Below are positions 45,551 to 59,967 of a DNA stretch of 64,000 nucleotides, piece by piece. The notes below the pieces were generated by a model. It saw only the letters and a list, made by a program, of their open reading frames with translations, was not told the origin of the DNA and searched no databases. Position numbers and translations under genes: made by a program. Position 1 is the stretch's first letter; the number at the start of each line of letters is the position of its first letter. This DNA is from Eledone cirrhosa (taxonomy: Eukaryota): positions 24,118,001-24,182,000 of the forward strand of contig OZ024745.1 of assembly GCA_964016885.1 (NCBI GenBank). The letters run 5' to 3'.

Positions 45551-45789
45551 ATATTCAAGGATAGGCTGAAAAGTTCATAAGCTAACCAAGATGGAATGAT
45601 CAAATGAGGTTTATTTTTCAACATAGTTGATTGAAAGAAACAATGTAGTTATTAACAAGAAGAGTTAAAATTAATGTATACAATATACATTTCACAGCTC
45701 TAGCATCGCTCCTTCACAGTCAGCCTATGAACGTTTCAGCTGATTGTTTAACACTAAAATTAGAAATTCAGATATCTGTAGTTATAAGA

Positions 45790-46075
45790 CAATGACCACT
45801 AATGCATGAGAGCCTGGGTTGTGTATCCTGCCTCTCCAATAAAAAATATTAACAGCACCGTCTCTTTCTTCAGCCTGACGGGTAATCTGTTTCGGAGTAG
45901 ACTACACCAACACACTAGTTCTTTAAAAGGTATGTATAAAGAAAAGACATCTGTCTCAAAGCACGTCTGTCCGACGCTCTACCAATTCCAATACACTGCC
46001 ATCAAAAAGGGAGATAATTGAGATTTTTTGACAATATAATTAATGCCGCTTTTTAGAGAAACAAACAAAGTAACC
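45790..46075 (+). mobile_element. decayed Penelope GIY-YIG remnant
   Basis: VVYPA...FFSLTGNLFRSRLHQHTSS..KTSVSKHV resembles the Penelope vY..YiGlT..F..R..H..T.LS.h pattern. Confidence 0.55.
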
Positions 46076-46521
46076 GTGACGTTAAATATTACATGAAGAG
46101 CGCTATCTTGTTTCTTTCTTCCTCACCAGCAACAATCTTCATAGCTTCAGCTCGTTAGGAAGCAGCATCGGTATTTTAGATATGGCTGTACTAGGACCCG
46201 AATTTACTTCCACCATACCAGTTAGATGGTGCTGTGCCGTACTAACTATCCACCATGTATTTTTACTTTTGATAATAACAATATGGAAATAACAGGTGGT
46301 TAAAATAAAAAATAAGTGCGTATGCAAATGTTGTGTCAAAGAAATGTTTCCAAGCCATTCATATATTGTCCTCTTATTCTAACTATTCAGTATTTATGTA
46401 TCTATGCAGCTATTGTACGTACTTTAAGAGGGTACAAAAGTAGTTATACTATTAAGGGATTAAATGTCTCATTTGGAAGTTATAAAAGAAAATTTAATAT
46501 AAGTTTTATGTTTAAAATATA

Positions 46522-46711
46522 ATTGTTTCTACTTTTGACACAAGGCAAGCAATTATTCCAGTGTATTACTGGTACTTTATGTTGTCGACCCCGTTAGGAT
46601 AAAAGGCAAAGTTAACCTCAACAGGATTTGAACTCAGATCATAAAGGGTCGTAACTCTTTGCTGCAAAGCATGGAGTTACGACACTCTACTGATACTGCC
46701 AATCCACCGCC
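46522..46711 (-). mobile_element. SINE copy
   Basis: Reverse complement of the 2287-2503 family. Confidence 0.8.
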
Positions 46712-46854
46712 CTTATATTTAAAATATAATATTAAAGAAGGAAGGAATTATCCGTATATGTAAGTTTATTTAAGTGGTATTTACCTGTGTATTAAATTCA
46801 TTCAGATGTATGGTAGTATGTCTTGCTAACTTTCCAACATATATTTCCCAAAGT

Positions 46855-47400
46855 ATCTGCATTTACTGGTTATATCTGATTTGATAATAGTAGACAACAG
46901 ATTTCCTTAAATATGTTTCTTCTCAGATGTACATCATTCACAGGTTTTATTCCCATTTTTCTTTTTAGGTTCTTTCATTTGATGTCGAATGGAGAACCAC
47001 ATTTTTTTCAATGTCCAGACACAATTAGAAAATTTAGTTACGTTCTTCATTTCTATGTTTCTGATGGAGAAACTATGCTTGGGATAAATTTATTTCAAAT
47101 TACCTTCCACAATACCGGCATAATATTTATGTTTGGTGTCTACATTTGATTTTGTAGAGCTGACTTCTGCTTCATAGATAATCACTTCTGATTTTCATGA
47201 CTGATTAAGAGAGCATGTATCTATTTCTGCAATCACTTCATTTAAAATTAATTGATTAAGTTTCTCATATTGGTCGTACAACTATAGCTTAAATTTAAAT
47301 TATTTACTTTAAATCATTTTGTGTGACTGTGGATATAGGAGGAATGTTTATCTATTAATAGTAGGAAAATTTTGATATGGTAGATTACTATTTAATGTGA
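46855..47400 (-). mobile_element. decayed Penelope-clade ORF C-terminus (GIY-YIG)
   Basis: Minus-strand peptides LSYSCTTNM, VIIYEAEV..KYYAGIVEG..H..TKFSNCVWTLK and CTSEKKHI, with stops and frameshifts. Confidence 0.65.
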
Positions 47401-49213
47401 AAGAATGTGTGAAATAGATACTTGTCTTTATATCAGCAAGCTTATCCACTGCGACACACAAGCACACAGACACACAAAAAACACACACATACACACACAC
47501 ACACATTAGCATACATATAGATAAATATATGTATGTATGTGTGCAAGCATATTTATCTATCTATCTATCATACATACATACACATACATACATACATACA
47601 TACACATACATACATACATACATACATACATACATACATACACATACATACATGGTGGTGGCTGCCAACTCGTTTTCGAGTACGGCCACTACCTTATTCC
47701 ATGTAGGAGAATCCCTACCGATGCGCTGAACGAGTGTGACTTTTTAGTCCAGCCAGCGACTTGAAAACTCTGGTACAAACACTACACTTCTGACAATTAT
47801 TGACACATAGTGCTGGGCCCATGGTACCATGTGACGACAAGTGCAGAGAGATCTCCAGATATAAAGCAATGTCTGTGCCGTGAAGCTTTTATAGTGAGCA
47901 AAGGCACTGCACAAAGCCAGTCCCACTCTCTTACCCAACATACATACATACATACATACATACATACATACATACATACATACATACATACACACACATA
48001 CATACATACAGACATACATACATACATACATACATATGCAAATATCTTTCCAGAAGACCTATCTCCGTTTTCTTTCACTTTAAAGCCGCAAAGCTGATTA
48101 TTAATCAATGGTCTAACAATACTTTTTTTTTTAACTTTATTTTGCAGATTATGGAAAACTTTAGGACATTGATCTCTGTTTTATTTGTAATATTAAACAC
48201 GTCTATAGAATATAAGGAAAGAAGAGGAAAAACAACAAGAGTTGCTATAATGCTGACTAAATAGAAATACTGTCAAGAAAATACATTTTCAGTTTTGGTG
48301 CTTGTCAAAGTATTTGATAAATGTTGCTGTTGTTAGAGTTATAGAATTTGTTGTTGTAACAGTTCTTGTTTCAGTTATAGAATTTGTTGTTGCTGTTGTT
48401 ACAGTTATAGAACTTTTTGTTTCTGCTGCTGTTACAGTTATATAACTTTTTGTTGTTTTAACAGTTGTTGTTATAGTTATAGAACGTGTTGTTGCTGTTG
48501 TAACAGTTAGATAACCTTCTGTTGCTGCTGCTGTTACAGTTGTTGCTGTTGTAACAATTGTTGTTATTGTAGTCCAATATCAAAAGAAGCAATAATCGAG
48601 CAGACTTATAATCAAACGTATTCTTGCCGTAATTATCCCTTCTTTTATTTCAGATACAGTATATATAGATGTCAAGATATATTGTACACAATGTCGTATA
48701 TACTGTCATTGTTTCTTTTAAAGACAATAAGGTGCAATTTGAGGGAGAGGAGAGTGTACTTTTTTACATATCGAGGGACCACGCAGAAGCTCCCTCAATA
48801 ATTATTTCTGGTAGTGATGCTATTGGGGATGCTCGGGTGGTGTTTTCGCCAGGGATAGTTATGTTGCTAATGCGGTTGCACTGATCCCTCAGAGTTATGA
48901 TCAAAGGTGTCAGTTATGTATTATCTTCCAGGCATTGTATATCTAGGACAACATTATCTTATACAACTCCTTCCGTTCTAAGATAGTAGAGTATATGATG
49001 AGAGGGAGATGTGTTTCTGCATAGAACAATGAATGACAGACAGAAGTCAGACGTAGGTAGTTAATTAGTTCATTGTTTTATGATCGTTTCAGAGGGTTGA
49101 TTCATCGTTGAACATCTATGTATCGACTAGCATGTTAGTGGCTCGTCTATAACCTAATTCTAGCCACAGACACAATGCCTGTTCGATCGACCATCTTCTT
49201 CAGAAACATACGC

Positions 49214-49415
<202 letters not shown>

Positions 49416-49422
49416 GTATTTA

Positions 49423-51960
49423 TGTTCTTCTCGTTTTATAATTTCACAAATTTTTTTACCAATAGAGAGAGAGTCGGTTTCTAACATAGACACAAGACTC
49501 TCTCATTGGAATTTACACAACATCAACTAGGTAGATTATGTATGTATGCATGTGTAGATATGGATGTTATTGTATGTGTTGCTGTGTATGTTTTGAGTTG
49601 TATGTGTGCATGTGTATATGCTTTGTATCTGAACAAGGGTATATGCAGTTATTAGATGCAAAATGTTTGGAATATTTTACATAATTTCCTAACTAGTTGT
49701 GTTCTTTCTGTTCCTGTGAAGCCTAGCTTCTCAAGATTTGTATTGAGGCAGTTACTAACATACCCCAGTGCCCCAATAACCACAGGCATAAATCTGAAGG
49801 TGTAATCAGGGTGGAGTATCTGCAGATTTCTCATCAGTTCTGCATAAATATTCTCCTTTTCGCTAATCTTTTATATTATATTGGCATCTGCTGGGCAGCT
49901 AATTTCCACTGCCGTGCATGCTTTCTTCTCCCTGTCCCATATCATAATATCTGGTCTGTTATGCCGGCATTTTATTGGGGTTTTTACTGGAACGTTCAAC
50001 CAGTACTCTTTCATATTATGTACGTGGATGTCTTCCACATTGCTGTAGCTTTTAATGTGTTTATTATCGGGGCTATCTTTTTTACGAACTGCATTGTAGG
50101 ATAGTAGCCCAAGAAGAAGACAATAATGTCTGGGACTTTAGCAAGTTGGAGGGCCTCTGTTATCCAAGAGTGGGGAACAAAATCGAAAGCTTTCCTGTAG
50201 TCCAGCCAGACAATAGCTATATTCCTCCTAAGTTGTCGCACCTCCGACATCGGAGTTTTGTTGATTAGGAGTTGTTCAGCACATCCCCAAACCCCTTTCC
50301 TTCCAGCTGCTTGTTCATCTGTGATGATGTTATTATTTTCACAGTGATCTTGGAGGAATAGGTTCAGGCAGGCTGTATATATCTTATACATCAGGTTCTG
50401 GCATGCAATGGGTTGGTAGATTTTTGCCAAGTGGGTGTCTTTGTTCTTGGCGACCAGTAATGTTTGTGCTAATGTCAACCATTCTGGTATAAGTGTATCT
50501 CCCTTAAGAACTTGTTGGTAGAGATCAATAATATACCTCCGATAGAATATCAGTTTTTTGTACCAGTAGCCGACAATCATGTCTCTTCCTGGTGTTCTCT
50601 TATCTTGGAGTTTTCCTATCACAGTCTCAAGGTTACCTCACTTATTTCGTATGTTTTTGTTGTAGTGTAGGAGCAATAGTTCTTTCGGATTTCTCTTAGC
50701 CACACTGCATCTTGGTTGAAATTCTTCTTTTCACCCATATTTTGCTCCAAAAGGAATCTATGTCTTTATGGGATGGGGCCCTCAGTGACACTTATTATTT
50801 TGTTCTTCATATCTCTATAGATTGATGTTTGGTTTCGTCTGAATCTTTTATTAAGCACTTTTCTCTCATCTACCTTCTTCAGGTATCGGCTTTTTTCGCT
50901 AACAGCTCTCAATTCTTGTTTGAGGGTGATCAGCTTATATTGAAGAGTTCTGGTTCTACTGTTACCAAACATCGTCTCTATTTTATTTTTCACTCTTTGT
51001 TGGTGAGGAGTGAGGTTTTTTTGTGTTTGTTTGCAGGTAAGGAGCATTGTCCCATATCCTACGGTTTTTCGTAGGTCAGCAATCTTTTTTTCTATTTTAG
51101 TTATATATGATGGTATTTTTGGCGGTGTTTTGTTCTTGTTAATATCTTTACTATCACCAAGATAATGCTTCACTGTCGTTGCTAAGGCATATAAACAGGC
51201 GTTGATTTGCCAAAATGTTTGGGTTTTTATCCGTCGTAAATATCCATCCCCTATTTCGTTAATAACACGTAACATATCATTATTATTTTTTTTTTTATTA
51301 AACATTGTCGTTTTAATACGTTCAGCAAGAGAGATATTTATACATGAATTAATTTCTCTCTGGAAGATTTCGTTGAGGGAAATTTTCAATTATTTATACT
51401 TTTGATTATTATCATTATCGATAGTATTTTCCACAGGTAGACACGGATGGTACACACGTGGTGTCAAATTTCTTCGATTATTTTTATTATCGATAATGTT
51501 TTCCCCAGCATTCGAGGTAGATTTAGATGGTACAGGTGGTGTCAAGTTTCTTACAGGCATAGTTGTTTCAAGGCGCTGTTCGACCTGGCTGCAAAAAGTC
51601 TAGTAGCATGGCGACCTGTAGCACGTGTTGTTGATCCCATGTTTGTTGTGGGGGACTTACAATTAATACTATTTATCTTATTTTTACGTTCAACAAACGG
51701 CGCTTGTTGGCGTAATTGTTTCGCTGTGAAATAATTTAGCTCTGGGTGTATTTCGTTCCAGTGTAGCTTTATTCTGTTCATATAGCCAATGGAGGGATGT
51801 TTTTTGCCATTTTATAACAATTAAATAAATCATTATTAAGTTCGCAACTCCAAAGGAAATGCGATTTATAATTTCGGTTTCTTCTGATACACAACTGAAT
51901 AAAGTTTGTTTATCTTTCTTGTTGTTTGTCTTCGATACTTCCTTAATTTTGTTGTTGATG
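49423..51960 (-). mobile_element. R4/Dong-like non-LTR element with large internal deletion
   Basis: RT motifs PIACQNLMYKIYT, EQAAGRKGVWGCAEQLLINK and WLDYRKAFD join near 50100 directly to the RLE C-terminus (PVVIGALG). The 3' UTR ends ..ttataaaacgagaagaa-cata. Confidence 0.85.
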
Positions 51961-52288
51961 TATGTATGTATATATGTATGTATGTATAAATGAAGGAAAT
52001 CTTTTTAGAAATGACAATATTCAATACTCAAGAAAAAATTATTTTGAAGGCACATGAGAATTAAATTCATAGTATATTAAATTAATAAAATAGTAAATAT
52101 AAATAAAAGAATTAAATTCAAAATTTTTAAATGTAATTTTTATTTATGTTTAAGTTTAAAATTCTTATTGAATATTAAAAAATATATATCACTTTAATTA
52201 TGTTTTTTTCTAAAATAACATTTTGGGAGCGTGTATGTATGTATGTATGTATGTATGTATGTATGTATGTATGTATGTATGTATGTAT

Positions 52289-52898
52289 GTCAGGTCACCA
52301 GTTGGTGCTACTGGTAACATGTATCCCAGTACAACCTGTCTCATGGTCGGGTCATTGGCGACTAAACTGGCAACCCCACCAAGGTTTCTTGGTGAGGAGG
52401 GTGACTTTGGACATCCTGCAGGACTAAAAACAAAACCTGTCAAAGGGCAAATGAGCTCTTAAGAGTCAATGGCCATCCAAAATCACCGGGAGAGATGACC
52501 CCTTAGACTTTGTCAAGGCAGAATTCTAGGAGAAGGAAAACTCTGATATAACACCTGCAACCCTGATGGTATCCAATGATGTTGACTTGTTCTTCTTTTT
52601 GGTAAATATCATCTTGGTTAAGAGAGTGGGACTGGCTTTGTGCAGTGCCTTTGCTCACTATAAAGGCTTCACGGCACAGGCATTGCTTTATATCTGGAGA
52701 TCTCTCTGCACTTGTCGTCACATGGTACCATGGGCCCAGCAATATGTGTCAATAATTGTCACAAGTGTAGTGTTTGTACCAGAGTTTTCAAGTCGCTGGC
52801 TGGACTAAAAAGTCACACTCGTTCAGCGCATCAGTAGGGGTTCTCCTACATGGATATGAAGTAGTGGCCGTACTCGAAAACGAGTTGGCAGCCACCAT
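52289..52898 (+). mobile_element. ~610-bp non-autonomous RTE-related element
   Basis: Copy of 30338-30944, flanked on both sides by (TATG)n. Confidence 0.8.
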
Positions 52899-52927
52899 GT
52901 ATGTATGTATGTATGTATGTATGTATG

Positions 52928-54198
52928 TTCTTCTCGTTTTATAATTTCACAAAGTTTTACCAATAGAGAGGGAGTCGGTTTCTAACACAAGACTCTCTCA
53001 TTGGAATTTACACATCAACTAGGTAGATATGTATGTATGCATGCATGTGTAGATATTGATGTTATTGTATGTGTGTATGTGGATGTTTTGAGTTGTATGT
53101 GTGCATGTGTATATGCTTTGTATCTGGACATGTCTATATGCAGTTATTAGATGCAACATTTTTGGAATGTTTTACATATTTTTACTGCTCCATTAATGGA
53201 GTGTTCTTGTAATTTCTTAACTAGTTGTGTTCTTCCTGTTCCTGTGAAGCCTAGCTTCTCAAGATTTGTATTGAGGCAGTTACTAACATATCCCAGTGCC
53301 CCATTAAACAGGCATAAATATGAAGGTGTAATCAGGGTGGAGTATCTGCAGATTTCTCATCAGTTCTGCATAAATATTCTCCTTTTCACTAATCTTTGAT
53401 ATTATATTGGCATCTGCTGGGCAGCTAATTTCCACTACTGTGCATGTTTTCTTCTCCCTGTCCCATATCATAATACCTGGTCTGTTATACCTGCATTTTA
53501 TTGGGGTTTTTACTGGAATATTCCACCAGTGCACTTTCATATTATGTACATGGATGTCTTCCACATTGTTGTAGCTTTTAATGTGTTTATTATCGGGGCT
53601 ATCTTTTTTACGAACTGCATTGTTCAGTGTTTTGCCCACTACATCATGCCTCATAGGTAAATAGTACCGCGATGACATCTTTGGACAGCTGCGGATGACA
53701 TGGGTGATATCCTCGATGTTAGTTCTGAAGAGTCTGCACTTGTTATCACATCTAGGTGTTTTGCCTGCATCCCTATCTCTTTTGTGAATCAGGTATTTCG
53801 TGCTAATCTCCTGTTCCTGGATTGCAAAAGCGTATCCTTCAAAGTGGGAGCCAATATAGCGGTTGTTGGTCCAAGATAGACTACTTTCCTTATCTATATT
53901 ACTCTCACTCTGGAGCTTCCTGGCAACATATCCATGCATGATTTTTTGCTGATAGGCATGCAGTTTTTCATCCATGGATTCACTGCGATACTGCTGAGCG
54001 ACATACCTGGGCGTGAGTCTTTGATTATCACACAGGGAATATCTCTCAAGGAGTTCCTTCCCAACTCTCACGATCTTATCTGCTTCATGCAGATAGACTT
54101 GCTCGAGAAACGGGCCCCTACGCTTCGAGGTTCGTAGATGTTGTCGGAGAGATATGATGCGACATTCAAATGTTGTCTGGACTGATGTAAGTCCCCAA
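52928..54198 (-). mobile_element. R4/Dong-like 3' fragment (zinc knuckle and PD-(D/E)xK endonuclease)
   Basis: ORF 53304-54071: CRLF..EDITHVIRSC..RHDVVGK..NRPGIMIWDREKKTCTVVEISCP..EK..Y. Confidence 0.9.
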
Positions 54199-54436
54199 AT
54201 GTATGTATGTATGCATGTATGTATATTAATGTAAGTATGTATTATCTATGTATTATGTATGTAATGTATTTATGTAATGTATGCATGAATATTTTTATGT
54301 ATGTATGCAATGTATGTATGTATCTAATGTATATATATGTATGTATTTAATATATATATGTAATGCAGGTATGTATGTTTATATGTATGTATGTAATGTA
54401 TGTATGTAATGTATGTATGTATGTAATGTATATTGA

Positions 54437-55046
54437 GTCAGGTCACCAGTTGGTGCTACTGGTAACATGTATCCCAGTACAACCTGTCTCATGGTCGGGT
54501 CGTTGGCGACTAAACTGGTAACTCCACCAAGGTTTCTTGGTGAGGAGGGTGACTTTGGACATCCTGCAGGACTAAAAACAAAACCTGTCAAAGGGCAAAG
54601 GAGCTCTTAAGAGTCAATGGCCATCCAAAATCACCGGGAGAGATGACCCCTTAGCCTTTGTCAAGGCAGAATTCTAGGAGAAGGAAAACTCTAATATAAC
54701 ACCTGCAACTCTGATGGTATCCAATGATGTTGACTTGTTCTTCTCTTTGGTAAATATCATCTTGGTTAAGAGAGTGGGACTGGCTTTGTGCAGTGCCTTT
54801 GCTCACTATAAAAGCTTCACGGCACAGGCATTGCTTTATATCTGGAGATCTCTCTGCACTTGTCATCACATGGTACCATGAGCCCAGCACTATGTGTCAA
54901 TAATTGTCACAAGTGTAGTGTTTGTACCAGAGTTTTCAAGTCGCTGGCTGGACTAAAAAGTCACACTCGTTCAGCGCATCGGTAGGGGTTCTCCTACATG
55001 GATATAAAGTAGTGGGCGTACTCGAAAACGAGTTGGCAATCACCAT
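54437..55046 (+). mobile_element. ~610-bp non-autonomous RTE-related element, followed by an R4/Dong 3' UTR (55088-55222, -)
   Basis: Same sequence and same (TATG)n context as 52289-53030. Confidence 0.8.
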
Positions 55047-55291
55047 GTATGTTATGTATGTATGTATGTATGTATGTATGTATGTATGTATGTATGTATG
55101 TATGTATGTTCTTCTGGTTTTATAATTTCACAAATTTTTACCAATAGAGAGAGAGTCGGTTTCTAACATAGACACAAGACTCTCTCATTGGAATTTACAC
55201 AACATCAACTAGGTAGATAGGTCTGTATGTCTGCACACATAAGGATCGAGGAATCGATATTGCATCAAATTACAATGTATTAACATAATAC

Positions 55292-55379
55292 ATATCGGAA
55301 GACCCTTCGAATGAAGAGTTAGGTTCGTTCTGTAACAGATCGCCCTTCCAGCTGATCAACGGAGAAACATATGTAATAT
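55292..55379 (+). ncRNA. long-stem-II hammerhead (G4 variant) in an inverted-arm remnant (55247-55420)
   Basis: ATAT-CGGAAGA-[~60 nt]-GAAA-CATATG-TA-ATAT. The insert resembles that of 23210-23304. Confidence 0.6.
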
Positions 55380-55505
55380 CTTCATAAATTGTGATTTGAT
55401 GCAATACTGATTCCTCGTTATTATAATATATATACTCTGCTCTGCGCGAGCATGGAGTGCTCAACCGGCATACCGCCGATGGATGCATTTATTGCAACTC
55501 TACAG

Positions 55506-55536
<31 letters not shown>

Positions 55537-55699
55537 GGATAAAAAATATTTCATATTTTGGGACCCGGAAACTTTTGGTAATGGAGTAGTTATATTTTGT
55601 GTTGTTCACTTTCTAATTAAATAGCTCTGTTCTATACATAGAGCACTTTTTTTTCCTTTGCTTTTCCTTCGGAATCACCTAATACACGCACACACACAA

Positions 55700-55732
<33 letters not shown>

Positions 55733-56900
55733 TTAATAAGAGGAATTCCAACTTTGTCTGATTTACTCGTTTTATTTACAATCTTTTAAAATATATATAA
55801 TGGTATTATAATGAAATAGTATGATAGAATATTAAATTCTAAGTGTTAATTGAACAAGTACTTTCCTGCTTTCGCAATCTTCAGGTTTTGCTAACAAAAG
55901 CAAAGTTTGACCTTAACAACAAAGACCAATCATTCACTGTATCTAAATGCAATGATAATCGATGCGGCACATGTCAATCCATACACGCCGGTCAATATAT
56001 GAAAACAAAAACTGGAAAAATATTCACAAATGCAAATATGAACTGCAAAAGCAGAAATCTAATTTACTGCATTAAATGCCCGAATTGTGAAGAACTATAT
56101 GTCGGTCAAACTGGAAATGCACTATCGGAACGTGCACGGGTACACCGTCAACAAATCAGAGACCCAAATGTCCGTCAGATACCCCTAAGCGGCCACCTGG
56201 CAACATGTGGTCAGGGAATATTTATAATATTCCCATTCTACAAATTACACAGCCCAAATGAAATCAAGAGAAAAATCAAAGAAAAGAATTTTATTGATAA
56301 ATTCAAACCCAAGCTAAATGAACAATAATAACGCCTAGGGGTATTACTTCTACTACCACTATGACCACGACCACTAACAACAACAACAACAACAATAATA
56401 ATAATAATAAAAGTGATGTTGATGGTGATGATTAATAGAAAATGCTATTTTCATCATTTCAAAAAAGCAAAACAATTGATACGTTGGATATGACTATTGG
56501 TCGTTAGCATGCTCAACCAGCCGTGACGCTTAAACCAATCAGCTGTAGTAATTCAGTGAAACTACACACTGATTGGTCGAAATACAGTTTACAGGGCTTT
56601 GCATTCTGGAGCCACTTTTCTCTGTATAAAATGTATAAAAGGTAGGAAATTTACCCATCTCATTACAGTTGAAAATTGCAAACTCGACTGTCACCACATA
56701 TCATGAACCTGAAGATTGCGAAAGCATGAAAGTACTTGTTCAATTAACACTTAGAATTTAATATTCTATCATACTATTTCATTATAATACCATTATATAT
56801 ATTTTAAAGGATTGTAAATAAAACGAGTAAATCAGACAAAGTTGGAATTCCTCTTATTAATATAATCTTCTATACACAATCATACACACCCGTGTATATT
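55733..56900 (+). mobile_element. Penelope-like (Neptune-type) 3' fragment: inverted pLTR arm, GIY-YIG, then pLTR with hammerhead
   Basis: 55733-55887 is the reverse complement of 56706-56860. ORF from ~55888 to 56328: KCNDNRCGTC, NLIYCIKCPNCEELYVGQTG, RARVH, EKNFIDKFKPKLN. CCAAT and TATA boxes lie at ~56495-56640. Confidence 0.92.
56704..56742 (+). ncRNA. type I minimal hammerhead ribozyme
   Basis: TGAAC-CTGAAGA-tTGC gaaa GCAt-GAAA-GTAC-TT-GTTCA. Mirror copy at 55851-55887 (-). Confidence 0.9.
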
Positions 56901-56912
56901 TACCTATCTATA

Positions 56913-57006
<94 letters not shown>

Positions 57007-57044
57007 TATATATATATATATGAATATATATATATATATATATG

Positions 57045-57145
<101 letters not shown>

Positions 57146-57265
57146 TATGTATATATATATATATATGTGTGCGTGTGTGTGTGTGTGTGTGTTAGGCAAT
57201 TCCGAAGGAAAATCAAAGGAAAAAGAAGTGCTCTATGTTTACAACAGAGCTATTTAGTTAGAAAA

Positions 57266-58240
57266 AGGCCCTGAATAAGATCCACTTAAAGATTAAGGTT
57301 GTAGAAAAGCCAGAAACTACCATAAAATCCCTGATGAACAAAACATACCATTTTAAGAAAACCCACTGTACTAATAGGAAATGTATTGTGTAAAGTAAAC
57401 CCCCGGATAAACAGTAAAACTAGAAACGTAGTCTATAGCATAAGATATACAGAGGGTACTTGCAGCAACATGACAACAACATACATAGGCGAGACAGTTC
57501 GTAGCATAGATGAAAGGATAGACCAAACTGGAGGGAACTAAAGGGACGAAAAAACGGTTCAGTACTATACGAACACGCCAGACAACAACATGACGGTAAC
57601 ATAGACAACATAGAAATTAGAATAATATCTAAACATAGAAATGACCCAGCAGATAGGCAAATCAGAGAGGCAAGTGAAATAGAATTTAGAAGACCAAAGC
57701 TAAACAGAAGAAAATGAATGGAATAACAACAACACCCAAACAAACAATACTGACATAAGAGAAATTTAAATAAATAAATAAATATATGCACAAGCACAAT
57801 AACAACAAACACATATAAACACACACTAGTAAACTAAGATAGAATACAATAACCAAAACACAGTCACCCAAACGCGAACACACACCAAACACTATACACA
57901 CACGCAAACGCATGCGCAGAGAAGAAGACACAAATAAATAAATAAACAGATTAAATAAAGATGGCATAGTGATACAATACAACAGGAGGAACATAATAGC
58001 ACACTGACGATGTTGCAGATGTGCAGCGAAAGAACTTTGTTAGACTATATATATCTGTTTGTGTCTATATTATATCTGTATTTTTGACCGTTGGTCAGTC
58101 AATGGTAACATTGAGGACCGAATAAATTAAATTAACTGATATAAAAGATACAGAAGCGAAAACCAACCAAACAGTGAGTGTGTTCTGTTATTAATACTGC
58201 CAATATTATTACAACAATATGACCCTCCCCAAGTATAACT
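57266..58240 (+). mobile_element. Penelope-like 3' fragment (family of 19053-20120) with hammerhead at 58001-58040
   Basis: Degraded GIY-YIG (YIGETVRS..KNGSVLYEHARQQH). Fold ACA-CTGACGA-tGTTGCA gatg TGCAGC-GAAA-GAAC-TT-TGT. Confidence 0.85.
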
Positions 58241-58260
58241 ATATATATATATATATATGC

Positions 58261-58430
<170 letters not shown>

Positions 58431-58512
58431 GCATGTATATATATATATATATATATACGCATGTATATATATACATGTATATATATGCATGTATATATAT
58501 GCATGTATATAT

Positions 58513-58810
58513 ATTGTTATACTTGGGGAGGGTCATATTTGTGTAATAATATTGCCAGAATTAATAACAGAACACACTCACTGTTGGTTGGTTTTTGTTT
58601 CTGTGTCTTTTATATCGGTTAATTTAATTTATTCGGTCCTCAATGTTACCATTGACTGACCAACGGTCAAAAATACAGATATAATGTAGACACAAACACA
58701 TATATATAGTCTAACAAAGTTCTTTCGTTGCACATCAGCAACATCGTCCCAAGTATAATAATATTTGTTTCGACACACGCACGATTTCATATGAAAAACC
58801 TCGCATAACT
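58513..58810. mobile_element. pLTR remnant of the same family, with the inversion junction inside the hammerhead
   Basis: The antisense arm ends ..gcaacatcgtc (~58748), then sense ccaagtataataatatttgtttcgacac tail. Confidence 0.75.
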
Positions 58811-58827
58811 AATTCATCGCCGTCACG

Positions 58828-58947
<120 letters not shown>

Positions 58948-58982
58948 TATATATATATATATGCATATACATATATATATAT

Positions 58983-59967
58983 ATTGTTATACTTGGGGAG
59001 GGTCATATTTGTGTAATATTGCCAGAATTAATAACAGAACACACTCACTGTTTGGTTGGTTTTCGCTTTTCGCTTCTGTGTCTTTTATATCGGTAATCTA
59101 ATTTATTCGGTCCTCAATGTTGCCATTTACTGACCGACGGTCAAAAATAATACAGATACAATATAGACACAAACACATATATATAGTTTATCAAAGTTCT
59201 TTCGTTACACATCTGCAACATCGTCAGTGGGGCTATTGTTTCCTCCCGTTACATTGTACGTCTACGCCATTTTTATTTAGTCTGTCAATATATTTATTTA
59301 TTTATTTGTTTGTTTGTTTATTTTATTTTGTCTTCTTTGCGCATGCGTGTGTGTATAGTGTTTTGTTTGATGTGTGTTCGTGATTGTATTCTATGTATTC
59401 TATGTATTCTATATTTAGTTGTGTGTGTTTATATGTGTTTGTTGTTATTGTGCTTGTGTATGTATTTATTTATTTATTTATCTATTTAATTATTTATTTA
59501 TTTATACTTCTCATAAGTCAGTGTTGTTTGTTTGGGTGTTGTTGTTATTCCATTCATTCTTTCTGTTTAGTCTTGGCCTTCTAAGTTCTATTTCACTGGC
59601 CTCTCTGATTTGCCTATCTGCTGGGTCATTTCTATGTTTAGATATTATTCTAATTTCTATGTTGTCTATGTTACCGTCGTGTTGTTGTCTGGCCTGTTCG
59701 TATAGCACTGAACCGTTTTTTCGTCCTTTTAGTTCCCCCCAGTGTTGGTCTATCCTTTCACCAATGCTACGAGCTGTCTCGCCTATGTATGTTGTTGTCA
59801 TGTTTGTGCAAGTACCCTCTGTACATCTTATGCTATAGACTACGTTTCTAGCTTTACAGTTTATTCGGGGGTTTACCTTACATATGATACATTTCCTATT
59901 AGTACAGTGGGTTTTCTTAAAAGGGTAGGTTTTGCTGATCAGGGATTTTATGGTGGTTCCTGGCTTT
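58983..59967 (-). mobile_element. Penelope-like 3' fragment (GIY-YIG and pLTR)
   Basis: ORF 59511-59801: TYIGETARSIGERIDQH...RQIREASEIELRRPRLNRKNEW. Hammerhead at ~59190-59230. Confidence 0.9.

Noticed and set aside
55843-55887. N-terminus MLIEQVLSCFRNLQV of the GIY-YIG ORF, as if a standalone nuclease gene
   Set aside because: It derives from the inverted pLTR arm (antisense hammerhead). The real ORF is 5'-truncated at ~55888.
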